Positions 8,908 to 20,782 of a stretch of 32,000 bases of DNA are shown in pieces. The notes beneath the pieces are model-generated. The model was not told where the DNA came from, did not search any database, and saw only the letters and a list, made by a program, of their open reading frames with translations. The stretch's first letter is position 1, and each line of letters starts with the position of its first letter. The DNA is from Acaryochloris marina S15 (GTDB lineage: Bacteria; Cyanobacteriota; Cyanobacteriia; Thermosynechococcales; Thermosynechococcaceae). Position numbers and translations under genes: made by a program. Where the stretch lies: contig NZ_CP064923.1 of assembly GCF_018336915.1 (NCBI RefSeq), forward strand, positions 1,440,001 through 1,472,000, read 5' to 3'.

Positions 8908-9021
8908 AACAGGGCAAACCGTAGCAACAGCCGCTCTTCATTGGAGATACGGCACTGACAACATTTCTTAATATTTTAACCTATAGTTCAGATTCCCTGG
9001 GCTAAGACTGAACCTCAGACT

Positions 9022-11395
<2,374 letters not shown>

Positions 11396-11686
11396 TTATG
11401 TCCCTAGGATTACAGCGTCTTTTCTGAACCACCGACCTGCCAAGTGGTGGTTTACAGCCCTAATTATACCTTTGCAAACTGTAACAATTCATGAAAACTA
11501 AAAAAAATATAAATTTTTCTGAAATGAACAGATGGAGTTAATGCGAAACACGTTCTATTTTGGCGATCTGCACAGCCCTTTGAGCCCAAACTCAACTAGC
11601 GATGCTGGCAAATCCTTCAAACCTCGTCACTACAAGATCTTGTTATATTTAAGAGCAAATTTAGCGTTTCACCCAGTCCCAATTAA

Positions 11687-12673
11687 ATGAACCTTCTCTT
11701 TGTCCTGCTTGCTCTTTTTGCCCTGGTGGTAGTCGGTATTGCGGTTTACATTTTTACCGCCCGCAGCTATAACTCTGCCGACTCCGTTGCCACTTCCTAC
11801 GATCAATGGACCGAAGATGGGATTTTAGAGTTTTATTGGGGCGAACATATTCATTTAGGCCATTACGGCTCCCCTCCCCATCGCAAGGATTTTTTGCAAG
11901 CCAAATATGACTTTGTCCATGAAATGGTGGCCTGGGGCGGTCTGGATAAGTCTCCCGTCGGGACAACTCTATTGGATGTGGGCTGTGGTTTTGGCGGCAG
12001 CAGTCGGGTTTTAGCCAAAGACTATGGCTTTTCCGTTACTGGTGTAACCATTAGTCCTAAACAGGTCGAACGGGCTGGAGAGCTAACGCCAGAAGGGGTA
12101 GATGCTCAGTTCAAAGTGGATGATGCCATGGCCTTATCCTATCCAGATGCCAGCTTCGACGTGGTTTGGTCTGTGGAAGCGGGGCCTCACATGCCGGACA
12201 AAGCGGTGTTTGCTAAAGAGCTTATGAGAGTGCTCAAGCCAGGTGGCATCTTGGTGCTAGCGGATTGGAACCAGCGAGACGATCGGCAAAAACCGCTGAA
12301 TATCTGGGAGCGTCCGGTCATGCGTCAATTGCTGGATCAGTGGTCCCATCCTGCTTTTGCCAGCATAGAAGGCTTCTCTGAGGAACTAGCGGCAACGGGA
12401 CTAGTCGACGGCAATGTGATCACTTCCGACTGGACGAAAGAGACGCTGCCTTCTTGGTTAGACTCCATTTGGCAGGGAGTGGCTCGACCAGCTGGCTTAG
12501 TTAAGTTCGGTTTTTCTGGCCTACTAAAATCTTTGCGGGAAGTCCCCACGATTTTATTGATGCGGTTGGCATTTGGAGCTGGGCTGTGCCGATTTGGTAT
12601 GTTTCGGGCACAACGAGCAGATACTCCAGTAAAGCCCCACGCAGGCACTGTGAACGAGATTGCTCAGGTATAA
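11687..12673 (+). CDS. SAM-dependent prenylquinol methyltransferase (Synechocystis Sll0418-type MPBQ/MSBQ methyltransferase)
   Basis: The 328-aa ORF has an N-terminal TM helix and the SAM motif LLDVGCGFGGSS. Long blocks match Sll0418 as I recall it (YDQWTEDGILEFYWGEHIHLGHYG, DVVWSVEAGPHMPDKAVFAKEL, LDQWSHPAFASIEGF, VPTILLMRLAFG.GLCRFGMF). Confidence 0.8.
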   Translation: MNLLFVLLALFALVVVGIAVYIFTARSYNSADSVATSYDQWTEDGILEFYWGEHIHLGHYGSPPHRKDFLQAKYDFVHEMVAWGGLDKSPVGTTLLDVGCGFGGSSRVLAKDYGFSVTGVTISPKQVERAGELTPEGVDAQFKVDDAMALSYPDASFDVVWSVEAGPHMPDKAVFAKELMRVLKPGGILVLADWNQRDDRQKPLNIWERPVMRQLLDQWSHPAFASIEGFSEELAATGLVDGNVITSDWTKETLPSWLDSIWQGVARPAGLVKFGFSGLLKSLREVPTILLMRLAFGAGLCRFGMFRAQRADTPVKPHAGTVNEIAQV

Positions 12674-12716
12674 AGTGATTTTGAGTTCGAACTATATTCT
12701 CAATGAATGGTTTCTA

Positions 12717-13901
12717 TTATGTGGGTGAAGCAACACCTAAATTCTGATAGAAAGAGAATAAGCGTCTGAACACAACATTCTCGTCATACTCGGTTTCCAC
12801 TCTTTGACGCCCCGCTAATCCATAGGCTGTTCTTAAATCTTGATCCGCCAATACTGTCCGTAGCGCTTTAGCCAAAGGGGTAGTGGTCTGTGACGGTACG
12901 ATCAATCCTGTTTGACCTGGAAGCACTGCCTCTCGGCACCCCCGAATATCCGTAGTAACAACGGGTACACTCATGGCCATCGCTTCCAAAATAGAGCGCG
13001 GTAACCCTTCATGGGCAAATGTCGCAAGGACAAAAATATCCATGAGCCCTAGCATCTGCGGAATATCCGTTCGATCCCCAGTAAATGTGACATGGGATGT
13101 TAGGTTAAGCTGCTCAATTTTTTCAGTTAGCTGGTCGTAATAAGGTTCTGGATCGGATTTGAGTTCTCCTCCTACAATCAAAATGTGCAGGTGAGGAAAT
13201 TCTTCAACTAACTGTGCTGCTGCTTCGATTAAATATCCACTGCCTTTGGTTCGGGTTAGTCGCCCAACCGTACCCACAATCAGTTTGGCAGAGGCCGGAA
13301 TCCCCAACTCATCTCGCAAGCGAGATTGATGATCTGGATTTAATACACTTCGATTAAATCGTTCAATATCAACCCCATTACCGAGGTAGCCTAGTTTCGA
13401 TTCCGGACATAATCTTTTCTGGGCTGCAGTCTCCAAGTCTTCATGATTTTGAGACAAAATGAGATCGGTGATTTTGGCACATCCATATTCAATCGCAAAA
13501 TACATCTGAGATTGAAGGGGGGGAGTCAGTTGATGGAACGGAAGGCCGTGGGAGGTGTACACAATCGTGGGGACCCCTGCTAGCTTTGCCGCAATTCGTC
13601 CCAATACAGCAGCAATCGGGGTATGCACATGGACAAGATCGTAAGCCTGCGATCGCATCAACTGAACCAGATTCTGTATTGATTTAAAGTTTAAGACGGG
13701 CGAAATCTTACGATCTATTTGAATAGGATGAACCGTATACCCCTGGGCCTGTAGACGATCAACGGCACCATCGGGGGAGCAGGCAATATCAACCGTAAGG
13801 TGTTGCGATCGCAAATAATCAATTTGAGGTAACAACAGCGTTTCGGCAGTAGCACCCAAAGCACAAACGTGTAAAACTTTCATTTCTTCTTTGTTTACCA
13901 C
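12717..13901 (-). CDS. Glycosyltransferase family 4 (GT-B)
   Basis: The 394-aa ORF has the C-terminal EX7E motif (HEGLPRSILEAMAMSVPVVTTD) and the layout of a GT4 N-terminal domain. It contains two HIP1 octamers, so it has native-like composition. Confidence 0.85.
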   Translation of the reverse strand: MVNKEEMKVLHVCALGATAETLLLPQIDYLRSQHLTVDIACSPDGAVDRLQAQGYTVHPIQIDRKISPVLNFKSIQNLVQLMRSQAYDLVHVHTPIAAVLGRIAAKLAGVPTIVYTSHGLPFHQLTPPLQSQMYFAIEYGCAKITDLILSQNHEDLETAAQKRLCPESKLGYLGNGVDIERFNRSVLNPDHQSRLRDELGIPASAKLIVGTVGRLTRTKGSGYLIEAAAQLVEEFPHLHILIVGGELKSDPEPYYDQLTEKIEQLNLTSHVTFTGDRTDIPQMLGLMDIFVLATFAHEGLPRSILEAMAMSVPVVTTDIRGCREAVLPGQTGLIVPSQTTTPLAKALRTVLADQDLRTAYGLAGRQRVETEYDENVVFRRLFSFYQNLGVASPT

Positions 13902-13929
13902 TCTTCTGACTCAAGTAGACTTTTAAAAA

Positions 13930-15353
13930 ATGGGCAAAGAACTGATGCAAACAAAGATACAAAAAGCTAGCTCAGTACTATGGAGTTTTATTTTTTTATC
14001 AGCATACGTTAATGCTAGTACCAATAGAGCGATTGCTGCTGAAATAAGCGGCACACAATCTCGACAATACGAAAAAAGCAACGAAGACTTTCCCAATCCA
14101 GAAAGGGGTTTTTTTTTCCATATAATCCTTGGGGAACTCAACCTCGCCCTTCCCTTAAGTTAAGCGAGCTGCAAAAGTTAAGAACCCAAAACATAACCCT
14201 AGCTCGAAGAATCTATCTCATCTCAGAGTTTAGAACTCAACCCCTATCTAGGTCATTCATAAATAAGGTATCAGCGGATCTTTCAACAGCCCGGAAGTCC
14301 GGGATAAAGTTAATTATCAGGTTTGCCTACAATTGGCTAGGAGGTGGAGAAGACACCTCAGTAGAAAGAATAGTCTCTCATTTAGATCAGTTAGAACCAT
14401 TACTGAAAGACAATTATGATGCTATTGCCTATCTAGAAGCAGGATTTATTGGATATTGGGGAGAATGGAATCGATCAACCAACGGATTACGAACTAACCC
14501 TAAAGCCAGAAGAAAAATATTAAAAAAATTATTGTCAGTTCTTCCCTCCGGACGAATGGTGGCCCTAAGATATTCCTATTACAAAGGCGATATTTTTAAC
14601 CAGAAAAAACCGCTTACCCTTAGCGAAGCCTTCAATAGAAGCGATAGAGCCAGAACAGGAGCACATAATGATTGTTTTCTAGCTGGAATCGATGATTGGG
14701 GTACGTATAGCCACACCGATCTGAATATTATCAACAAACAGAAAGCCTTCTTACACTTGGACAACCGATATGTTGTACAGGGTGGTGAAGTCTGCAATCC
14801 CAGCCAGTATGATAACTGTCCAAACGCACAAAAAGAGCTAGCTTACATGCGCTGGAGTACATTAAATAGTTTCCCTTCTGATGGGAAAAGCATATTAGCA
14901 GACTGGGTAACTCAAGGCTGTATGGACAACATCAAGCATCGCCTCGGTTATCGGTTTAGGTTACTAAATGCAGAAATGTCTAACAAAATTGTATCTGGTG
15001 AACCGTTAGCTTTAAAATTTTCAATCATAAATGAGGGTTGGGCCACTGCCTATAACCCTCGAAAGCTAGAAATCGTTCTGCGCCACAAATCATCTGAACG
15101 GAACTATACTCTACTTACAAAAGAAAATCCTCAATATTGGTTGCCTGGGCAAAAAACTACTATCAATATCATTATCAATACCCCCAGTACTTTACCATCA
15201 GGAATATATGAAGTATTTTTGAATCTCCCAGATCCATCGAAGAAACTATCGCATCAGCCAGAGTATTCGATCAGACTGGCAAATGAAGATACTTGGGAAG
15301 AAAATACTGGGTTTAATTCACTAATAATGAATCTGCTAGTTAAGAGCAAGTAA
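13930..15353 (+). pseudogene. Secreted DUF4874/DUF4832-type (glycoside-hydrolase-like) protein, interrupted by a frameshift at a T9 run
   Basis: The frame starting at 13930 encodes a signal peptide and FPNPERGFFF, then stops at 14161-14163. My manual translation of the next frame is open from 14043 to 15353. It continues sensibly as PYNPWGTQPRPSLKLSELQKL...IIRFAYNW...AYLEAGFIGYWGEWN.... The two frames overlap only around T9 (14109-14117). The ORF track reports only the distal part (14532..15353), which starts at an internal TTG. Confidence 0.65.
14109..14117 (+). repeat. T9 homopolymer at the frameshift site
   Basis: Counted directly in GAAAGGGG-TTTTTTTTT-CCATAT. One extra T or two fewer would fuse the two reading frames. 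Confidence 0.9.
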
Positions 15354-15425
15354 ATTACATTCAAAATTTTGAAAGACAAATATATTTAATCTCTGATTAA
15401 CCTCAGAAATATTTAGGGAAGGTAG

Positions 15426-16811
15426 ATGGAGCAAGGTAAACTACAGAAACTATTTTCTTCCTGCAGAAGAATAAGAAGTAACTCCATAAACAACCAAATC
15501 TTCAGTGCAACACTGACTGTAGTGATGCTAACAGTCGCTGTCAAAATAGCTTCTTTTTTAAAAGAGCTTGTTGTGGCTTGGCGCTTTGGAACAAGAGATG
15601 AGTTAGATGCCTTTTTAATCGCATTGGTCGTTCCGTCTCTCCTCAGCAATGTTGTAGCATCTTCTTTCAACTCTGCACTTATTCCTACCTATATCCAGCT
15701 TAGAGAAACCAAAGGTATATCTGCAGCAAATAAGCTTTTCTCAAATTTGATGGTCTGCGTTTTAATGATATTAAGCTTAATATCATTGTTGATGTTAGGT
15801 TTTGCTCATCTATATTTGCCATTTCTTGCTGCAGGCTTCGATGAGCAGAAAATAACTTTAACTTTTAGAATACTTTGCACCATTTCACCCATCATTCTTC
15901 TTGACGGAATCATTTGTAATTGGAGGGCAGTATTGAATGCAGAGGAAAATTTTACTGTAGCTGGTGTTGCACCAATATTTACACCTATTGTGACCATTAT
16001 TCTCCTTCTTCAGGTCCATTCATGGGGTGTATATACTTTAGCGGTTGGATTATGTGTGGGAATGATCCTAGAAGTATTAGCAATAGGATTCATACTCAAT
16101 CAAAAAGGAATTTCACTCATCCCTAAATGGCAGGGATGGGATGACAATCTAACTCATATTTTCAAGCAATATCTCCTTGTCTTGTCTGGAGCTGTTTTGC
16201 TCTGTAGTGCTATTCCCATCGATCAAGCTATGGCGGCAATGTTATCACCTGGGAGTGTAGCTTCTTTGAACTATGGGAATAAAGTAATTGCTGCTCCTAT
16301 GGGTTTATTTACCAGTGGTTTAACAGCTTCAATCATACCGTACTGCTCAAAAATGTATGCCAATGGAGATTGGATTAAAATCAGGCAAGTATTCAAACAA
16401 AATCTAGGCTTAATTATACTCATTGGTACCTCTTTGACTATACTGACAATCACCTTCTCAGAACCAATTGTTCAACTTCTTTTTCAGAGAGGTTCATTTA
16501 TAGAAAAAGACACTAAAATAGTTAGCCAAATACAATCTTTATACTCCTTGCAAATTCCATTTTATATAGGGAATTTATTTTTAATTCGTCTAGCCAGTTC
16601 AATCAAGCAAAACCATCTCCTTCTATGGGTTTCTGGACTTGATCTCATCATAAATATAATACTGAACTATATCTTTGTTAGAATATTTGGTATCAAAGGA
16701 ATAGCACTTTCTACTAGCATCGTTTATATATTTTCTTTCTTTTTTCTGTTATTTAGAATCAACGGATATACGAATCAAGAAACCAATAAGTTAAAAATTA
16801 AAAATGAATAA
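15426..16811 (+). CDS. MurJ/MviN-family (MOP superfamily) flippase
   Basis: The 461-aa polytopic ORF has the MurJ-typical N-terminus KIASFLKELVVAWRFGTRDELDAFLIALVVPSLL...ALIP. A GGAAGG sequence lies upstream of the ATG. Confidence 0.8.
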   Translation: MEQGKLQKLFSSCRRIRSNSINNQIFSATLTVVMLTVAVKIASFLKELVVAWRFGTRDELDAFLIALVVPSLLSNVVASSFNSALIPTYIQLRETKGISAANKLFSNLMVCVLMILSLISLLMLGFAHLYLPFLAAGFDEQKITLTFRILCTISPIILLDGIICNWRAVLNAEENFTVAGVAPIFTPIVTIILLLQVHSWGVYTLAVGLCVGMILEVLAIGFILNQKGISLIPKWQGWDDNLTHIFKQYLLVLSGAVLLCSAIPIDQAMAAMLSPGSVASLNYGNKVIAAPMGLFTSGLTASIIPYCSKMYANGDWIKIRQVFKQNLGLIILIGTSLTILTITFSEPIVQLLFQRGSFIEKDTKIVSQIQSLYSLQIPFYIGNLFLIRLASSIKQNHLLLWVSGLDLIINIILNYIFVRIFGIKGIALSTSIVYIFSFFFLLFRINGYTNQETNKLKIKNE

Positions 16812-16856
16812 ATTCTTTTGGAATTATATTAAGATGCTAGAAATATATATTCAGAC

Positions 16857-16907
16857 TCAAATAGTATCTAACTAAAATCAAATAGTATTTATTTCTCAAT
16901 ATAGTAT
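16857..16907 (+). promoter_or_regulatory. Three direct repeats TCAA(T)ATAGTAT upstream of the glycosyltransferase gene
   Basis: Copies lie at 16857-16867, 16878-16888 and 16896-16907 (the third has one extra T), spaced 21 and 18 nt apart. They sit in the 248-nt AT-rich gap before the 17060 start. Function is not established. Confidence 0.3.
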
Positions 16908-17059
16908 ATAGAAATCTGAAATCAATCGTGAGCTATAGAGAGGCTGAAATCTTTACCAGTATCCATTTAGGTTGAATATAATTCTCACAACTCACGTCAG
17001 ATCGCTATACAAAATAAATATTCAATCAATATAACCCATATAATTCTTACTAAAGGATC

Positions 17060-18151
17060 ATGAAACACACTGCTTTTTTTCTACCAACTCTTCATGGCGG
17101 AGGTGCTGAAAAAGTAGTTCTTGCCCTAACTAATGGCTTTATTGAAAGAGGTATCTCGGTTGATTTAATACTAATCAATATAGAAGGTGAATATCTAAAT
17201 CAGATAAATCCTGAAGTTAACGTTATCGATTTAAAACAAACAAGGGCTTTAAATGCTGTGATCCCCTTAGTTAAGTATTTACAAGAGTTTAAGCCATCTG
17301 TACTCATCTCTCATATGAGTCGGGCCAATCTTGCGGCTATCATAGCCAAAACATGTGCAAGGGTAGATACTTCTCTAATATTAGTGGAGCATAATACTCT
17401 ATCAGCCACTCAATCAAAATTATTCCGGGCTAAGTTATTTCCATTCTTCATGAAACTGCTGTACCCCAAAGCCGAAAAAATTATTGGTGTTTCTCAAGCA
17501 GCATCAAGAGACTTAGAAAAATCATTAAGCTTAAAGGCAGGAAGCATTACAACAATATATAACCCAGTTGTGGATAATGCTTTAGGTCTGAAGGCAAAGC
17601 AATCCTTAAAACATCAATGGTTGGCACCTGGCTCACCCCCCGTATTTTTAACTGTCGGAAGATTAACTGAACAAAAAGATTTTTATACTGCCATCAATGC
17701 ATTTGCAATGGTCCGAAAAAAAATTCCCTCCCGGCTCATAATTTTAGGAGAAGGGGAACTGAGACCGCAAATTGAAGAACTTATTTACACGCTCGATATT
17801 GCACAGGATGTGCACATGGTGGGTTTTGTACAAAATCCATATGCTTATATGAGTCAAGCAGCAGCGTTTATCTTATCTTCTCGATGGGAAGGATTGGGTA
17901 ACGTTCTCATTGAAGCGATGGCATGTGGCACTCCAGTTATTGCTACCGATTGTCCCCATGGACCAAAAGAAATCTTAGAGGATGGAAAATATGGCCCATT
18001 AGTTCCTGTTGGCGATGCGAATGCACTCGCTAACGCCATGCAGAAAATTTTGGAAACCCCCATTGACCGTGAACGTCTTATTGAGAGAGCTAATTACTTT
18101 TCAGTGCAAAGTGCTATCACTCAATATTTATCAGTCATTGGTATTAACTAA
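17060..18151 (+). CDS. Glycosyltransferase family 4
   Basis: The 363-aa ORF starts with FFLPTLHGGGAEKV and has the EX7E motif (WEGLGNVLIEAMACGTPVIATD). Confidence 0.85.
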   Translation: MKHTAFFLPTLHGGGAEKVVLALTNGFIERGISVDLILINIEGEYLNQINPEVNVIDLKQTRALNAVIPLVKYLQEFKPSVLISHMSRANLAAIIAKTCARVDTSLILVEHNTLSATQSKLFRAKLFPFFMKLLYPKAEKIIGVSQAASRDLEKSLSLKAGSITTIYNPVVDNALGLKAKQSLKHQWLAPGSPPVFLTVGRLTEQKDFYTAINAFAMVRKKIPSRLIILGEGELRPQIEELIYTLDIAQDVHMVGFVQNPYAYMSQAAAFILSSRWEGLGNVLIEAMACGTPVIATDCPHGPKEILEDGKYGPLVPVGDANALANAMQKILETPIDRERLIERANYFSVQSAITQYLSVIGIN

Positions 18152-18171
18152 CTAGTAAAACTATCAATTCT

Positions 18172-19533
18172 ATGATTTTATTAGCTTATCTTGGGCTAGT
18201 CATTTTTATAGCTATATTTGAATTCACTAGGGATAAACAGACTTTACTTGATTTCTTAAGCTTTTTTAATATTCTTTTTTGTTTAGCATTTCCCTTGCCA
18301 GGTTTATTCCTATTCTTTTCAGAAAACAATAATCTAAACACATCCATTCTGAAAGGAACTACTATTGATCTCAATAGTTTTCAAGTTCCATTGCTAATTT
18401 TTTTAACCTATTTTTTTGTCACAATAGGATTCCATTTGGATTCTGCCATTCAATCTGCTAACAAAATTCACTTCAAAGAAAAAAATGGCGGCCATATTGT
18501 AATCACTTATGCATTAATTCTAATATTATTTTCTTGCCTCTCGATCTTAATTTATAGTACTCAAAATGGTGGTCTAGTTAATGCAATTTCTAATGCATCC
18601 TTACTACGTTCTACTGTTATTGAAGCACCTCAATTTTCCTTAGTTAAAAGATTCTTTTTGCTATCCTTTATGGGATCTTTTTTATTGTCTTCACTCCTGT
18701 TTGACTCTAAAAGTAAAAGAAAAAAATTGCCATTACTAATTACTTTTTTGATTTCAATTGTTGTTTCATTGCTTTCTTTCTTGTTAATAGCAACTCGCGC
18801 AAATATATTAAGATATATGCTTACTTTTTATTTAGTATATTCCATTAAAAAAGGCAAACACTCTTGGGGGATATTAATATTTTTTATTACACTACTCACC
18901 ATTATTTCTTCCTATGGAAAAGAAATATTTGGGAGTCTAATCTATCTTTCAGATGGTATTGATGCTGTTACTGATAATTTCCAGAATAATATTAACGCTA
19001 ACATGCAGTCAGAAGGTGATCAATCTAATGTCTTAGATGAATTCAGTGCTCCATTTTTTTCAATATTTGCAGCCATAAATTCTACCTATGAACTTAGGTT
19101 ATTTAGTGATTGGCTCTATGGCTTTGCATCATTTCTTCCTGATCGAATTTATGAAGCACCCCCAACAGTCTCTTACTACAATACTTATTTCTTAGTTAAT
19201 ACTGATAAATATGAAATCCCTTCTGGATTTATCTCTTCATGCTTATACAGCATGTCTTGGCCAGGGCTAATGCTTTTTAGTTTATCTTATGGATGGCTTG
19301 GAAGATTTATCCAGCAAGTAACTTATAATCATTCACACGAAATTCATTGGATGCAATATATATATGTTTATTCTGCATTGATATGGTCAGACTATACAAT
19401 ATATGCAGATCCAAAAATATTGCTACAAACACATTTTTGGTTCTTTATTTCATTCTTTTTTTTGATTGTACTATCAAGAAAATTAATTATATCTGATAAA
19501 TATTTAACTATAAAAATGAGGCCAGATAGGTGA
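18172..19533 (+). CDS. Polytopic membrane protein, Wzy-like O-antigen/EPS polymerase candidate
   Basis: The 453-aa ORF is very hydrophobic (F/L/I/S-rich), with at least 10 predicted TM segments and one larger hydrophilic loop (YLSDGIDAVTDNFQNNINANMQSEGDQSN). It sits between two GT genes and after a flippase. No diagnostic motif was recognised, so the call rests on context and topology. Confidence 0.5.
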   Translation: MILLAYLGLVIFIAIFEFTRDKQTLLDFLSFFNILFCLAFPLPGLFLFFSENNNLNTSILKGTTIDLNSFQVPLLIFLTYFFVTIGFHLDSAIQSANKIHFKEKNGGHIVITYALILILFSCLSILIYSTQNGGLVNAISNASLLRSTVIEAPQFSLVKRFFLLSFMGSFLLSSLLFDSKSKRKKLPLLITFLISIVVSLLSFLLIATRANILRYMLTFYLVYSIKKGKHSWGILIFFITLLTIISSYGKEIFGSLIYLSDGIDAVTDNFQNNINANMQSEGDQSNVLDEFSAPFFSIFAAINSTYELRLFSDWLYGFASFLPDRIYEAPPTVSYYNTYFLVNTDKYEIPSGFISSCLYSMSWPGLMLFSLSYGWLGRFIQQVTYNHSHEIHWMQYIYVYSALIWSDYTIYADPKILLQTHFWFFISFFFLIVLSRKLIISDKYLTIKMRPDR

Positions 19534-20663
19534 TGAACAGAAAATCTATATTATTTATCATCACAAACTTCGACAGAAATGGAGCACAAGTAATACTCTA
19601 TAATATTTTATTGAAAATAGATCGCTCACTTTTTAGCCCAGTTGTTATCTCTTTAATGAATTCCTCCGATTTTGGAGATCAATTCCAAGAGCTGGAAATT
19701 CCTATGTATGCGTTAGGAATGCAACAAAAACTTCCAAATATAGATCACCTTTCTGAATTAGTATCGATTATCAAAAAACATCAGCCAGATATAATCCAAG
19801 GGTGGATGTATCATGGCAATATTGCTAGCTGTTTTGCTTATTTATTTTGCTCCCATTCACCTCCAGTCATATGGAGTATTCATCACTCGATCAATGAACT
19901 CTCTGCTGAAAAACTACTCACTCGGCTCTTAATTAGAATTGGAACTATATTTTCCTATTCAACTAGAAAAATAGCTTATGTTTCTAAGACTAGTAAAGAG
20001 CAGCATGAAAAGCTAGGATATACCTCTCAAAAAAGTTGTGTCATACCCAACGGTTTCGATACTTCGCTATTCACCCCTTCCATTGAGAGAAAGAAGGCTT
20101 TTAGAGCTGAGCTTAACTTATCAGATGAAGAGATTGTCATCGGTATAGTTGCTCGATATCATCCCATGAAGGATCATCATAATTTTCTTGCTGCTGCAGC
20201 TCTTCTTGTCCCAAAATTTCCTGACATTCACTTTGTTCTTGTGGGAGATGGAGTAGATGAATTAAACACGACCTTAACTCAATTAGTAGAAACCTCAAGA
20301 CTTCAAAAGCATGTTCATTTGCTTGGGAAAAGAATTGACATGCCTAATATTTTCTCAGCATTAGATATATTGACCTCTGCCTCTGCATATGGAGAGGCCT
20401 TTCCATTAGTGGTTGGTGAAGCTATGTCTTGTCAAGTTACCTGTGTCGTCACAGATGTCGGAGACTCAGCTTTTCTAGTTGGAGATACTGGGATAGTAGT
20501 ACCGACTAAAGATCCTGAATCTCTTGCCAATGCTTGGAGTACATTAATATTAAGGACTCCAGAGGATAGGCTTCTTATGGAAGAAGCCGCCAGACAAAGA
20601 ATAATTGACTCTTTTTCACTAGAGTCAATTGTGAAACAGTATGAAAGTATGTATGCAGGCTAA
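19530..20663 (+). CDS. Glycosyltransferase family 4
   Basis: The 377-aa ORF has the EX7E motif (YGEAFPLVVGEAMSCQVTCVVTD). Its start overlaps the upstream stop (GTGATG), which suggests translational coupling. The ATG at 19533 is an alternative start. Confidence 0.85.
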   Translation: MMNRKSILFIITNFDRNGAQVILYNILLKIDRSLFSPVVISLMNSSDFGDQFQELEIPMYALGMQQKLPNIDHLSELVSIIKKHQPDIIQGWMYHGNIASCFAYLFCSHSPPVIWSIHHSINELSAEKLLTRLLIRIGTIFSYSTRKIAYVSKTSKEQHEKLGYTSQKSCVIPNGFDTSLFTPSIERKKAFRAELNLSDEEIVIGIVARYHPMKDHHNFLAAAALLVPKFPDIHFVLVGDGVDELNTTLTQLVETSRLQKHVHLLGKRIDMPNIFSALDILTSASAYGEAFPLVVGEAMSCQVTCVVTDVGDSAFLVGDTGIVVPTKDPESLANAWSTLILRTPEDRLLMEEAARQRIIDSFSLESIVKQYESMYAG

Positions 20664-20689
20664 AAATACATACAACTCAAATCTCTTGA

Positions 20690-20721
20690 AATTTGTAGAT
20701 CTCGTTTGAGACCTACAAATT
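20690..20721. terminator. Hairpin between convergent genes (candidate bidirectional terminator)
   Basis: AATTTGTAG-A-TCTC-GTTT-GAGA-C-CTACAAATT forms 13 bp with one A/C mismatch. It lies between the GT4 stop (20663) and the aminotransferase stop (20783). Confidence 0.5.
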
Positions 20722-20782
20722 ATTGACATCATGCTGCCATAATCGCTGTTGAAATAGGAACTTCATCACACGATCTCAAAGC

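Noticed and set aside
13923-14141. 72-aa ORF on the - strand
   Set aside because: It is antisense to the signal-peptide-encoding 5' part of the frameshifted DUF4874/DUF4832 gene.
15413-15670. 85-aa ORF on the - strand
   Set aside because: It is antisense to the MurJ-like gene start. This low-GC region generates chance ORFs.
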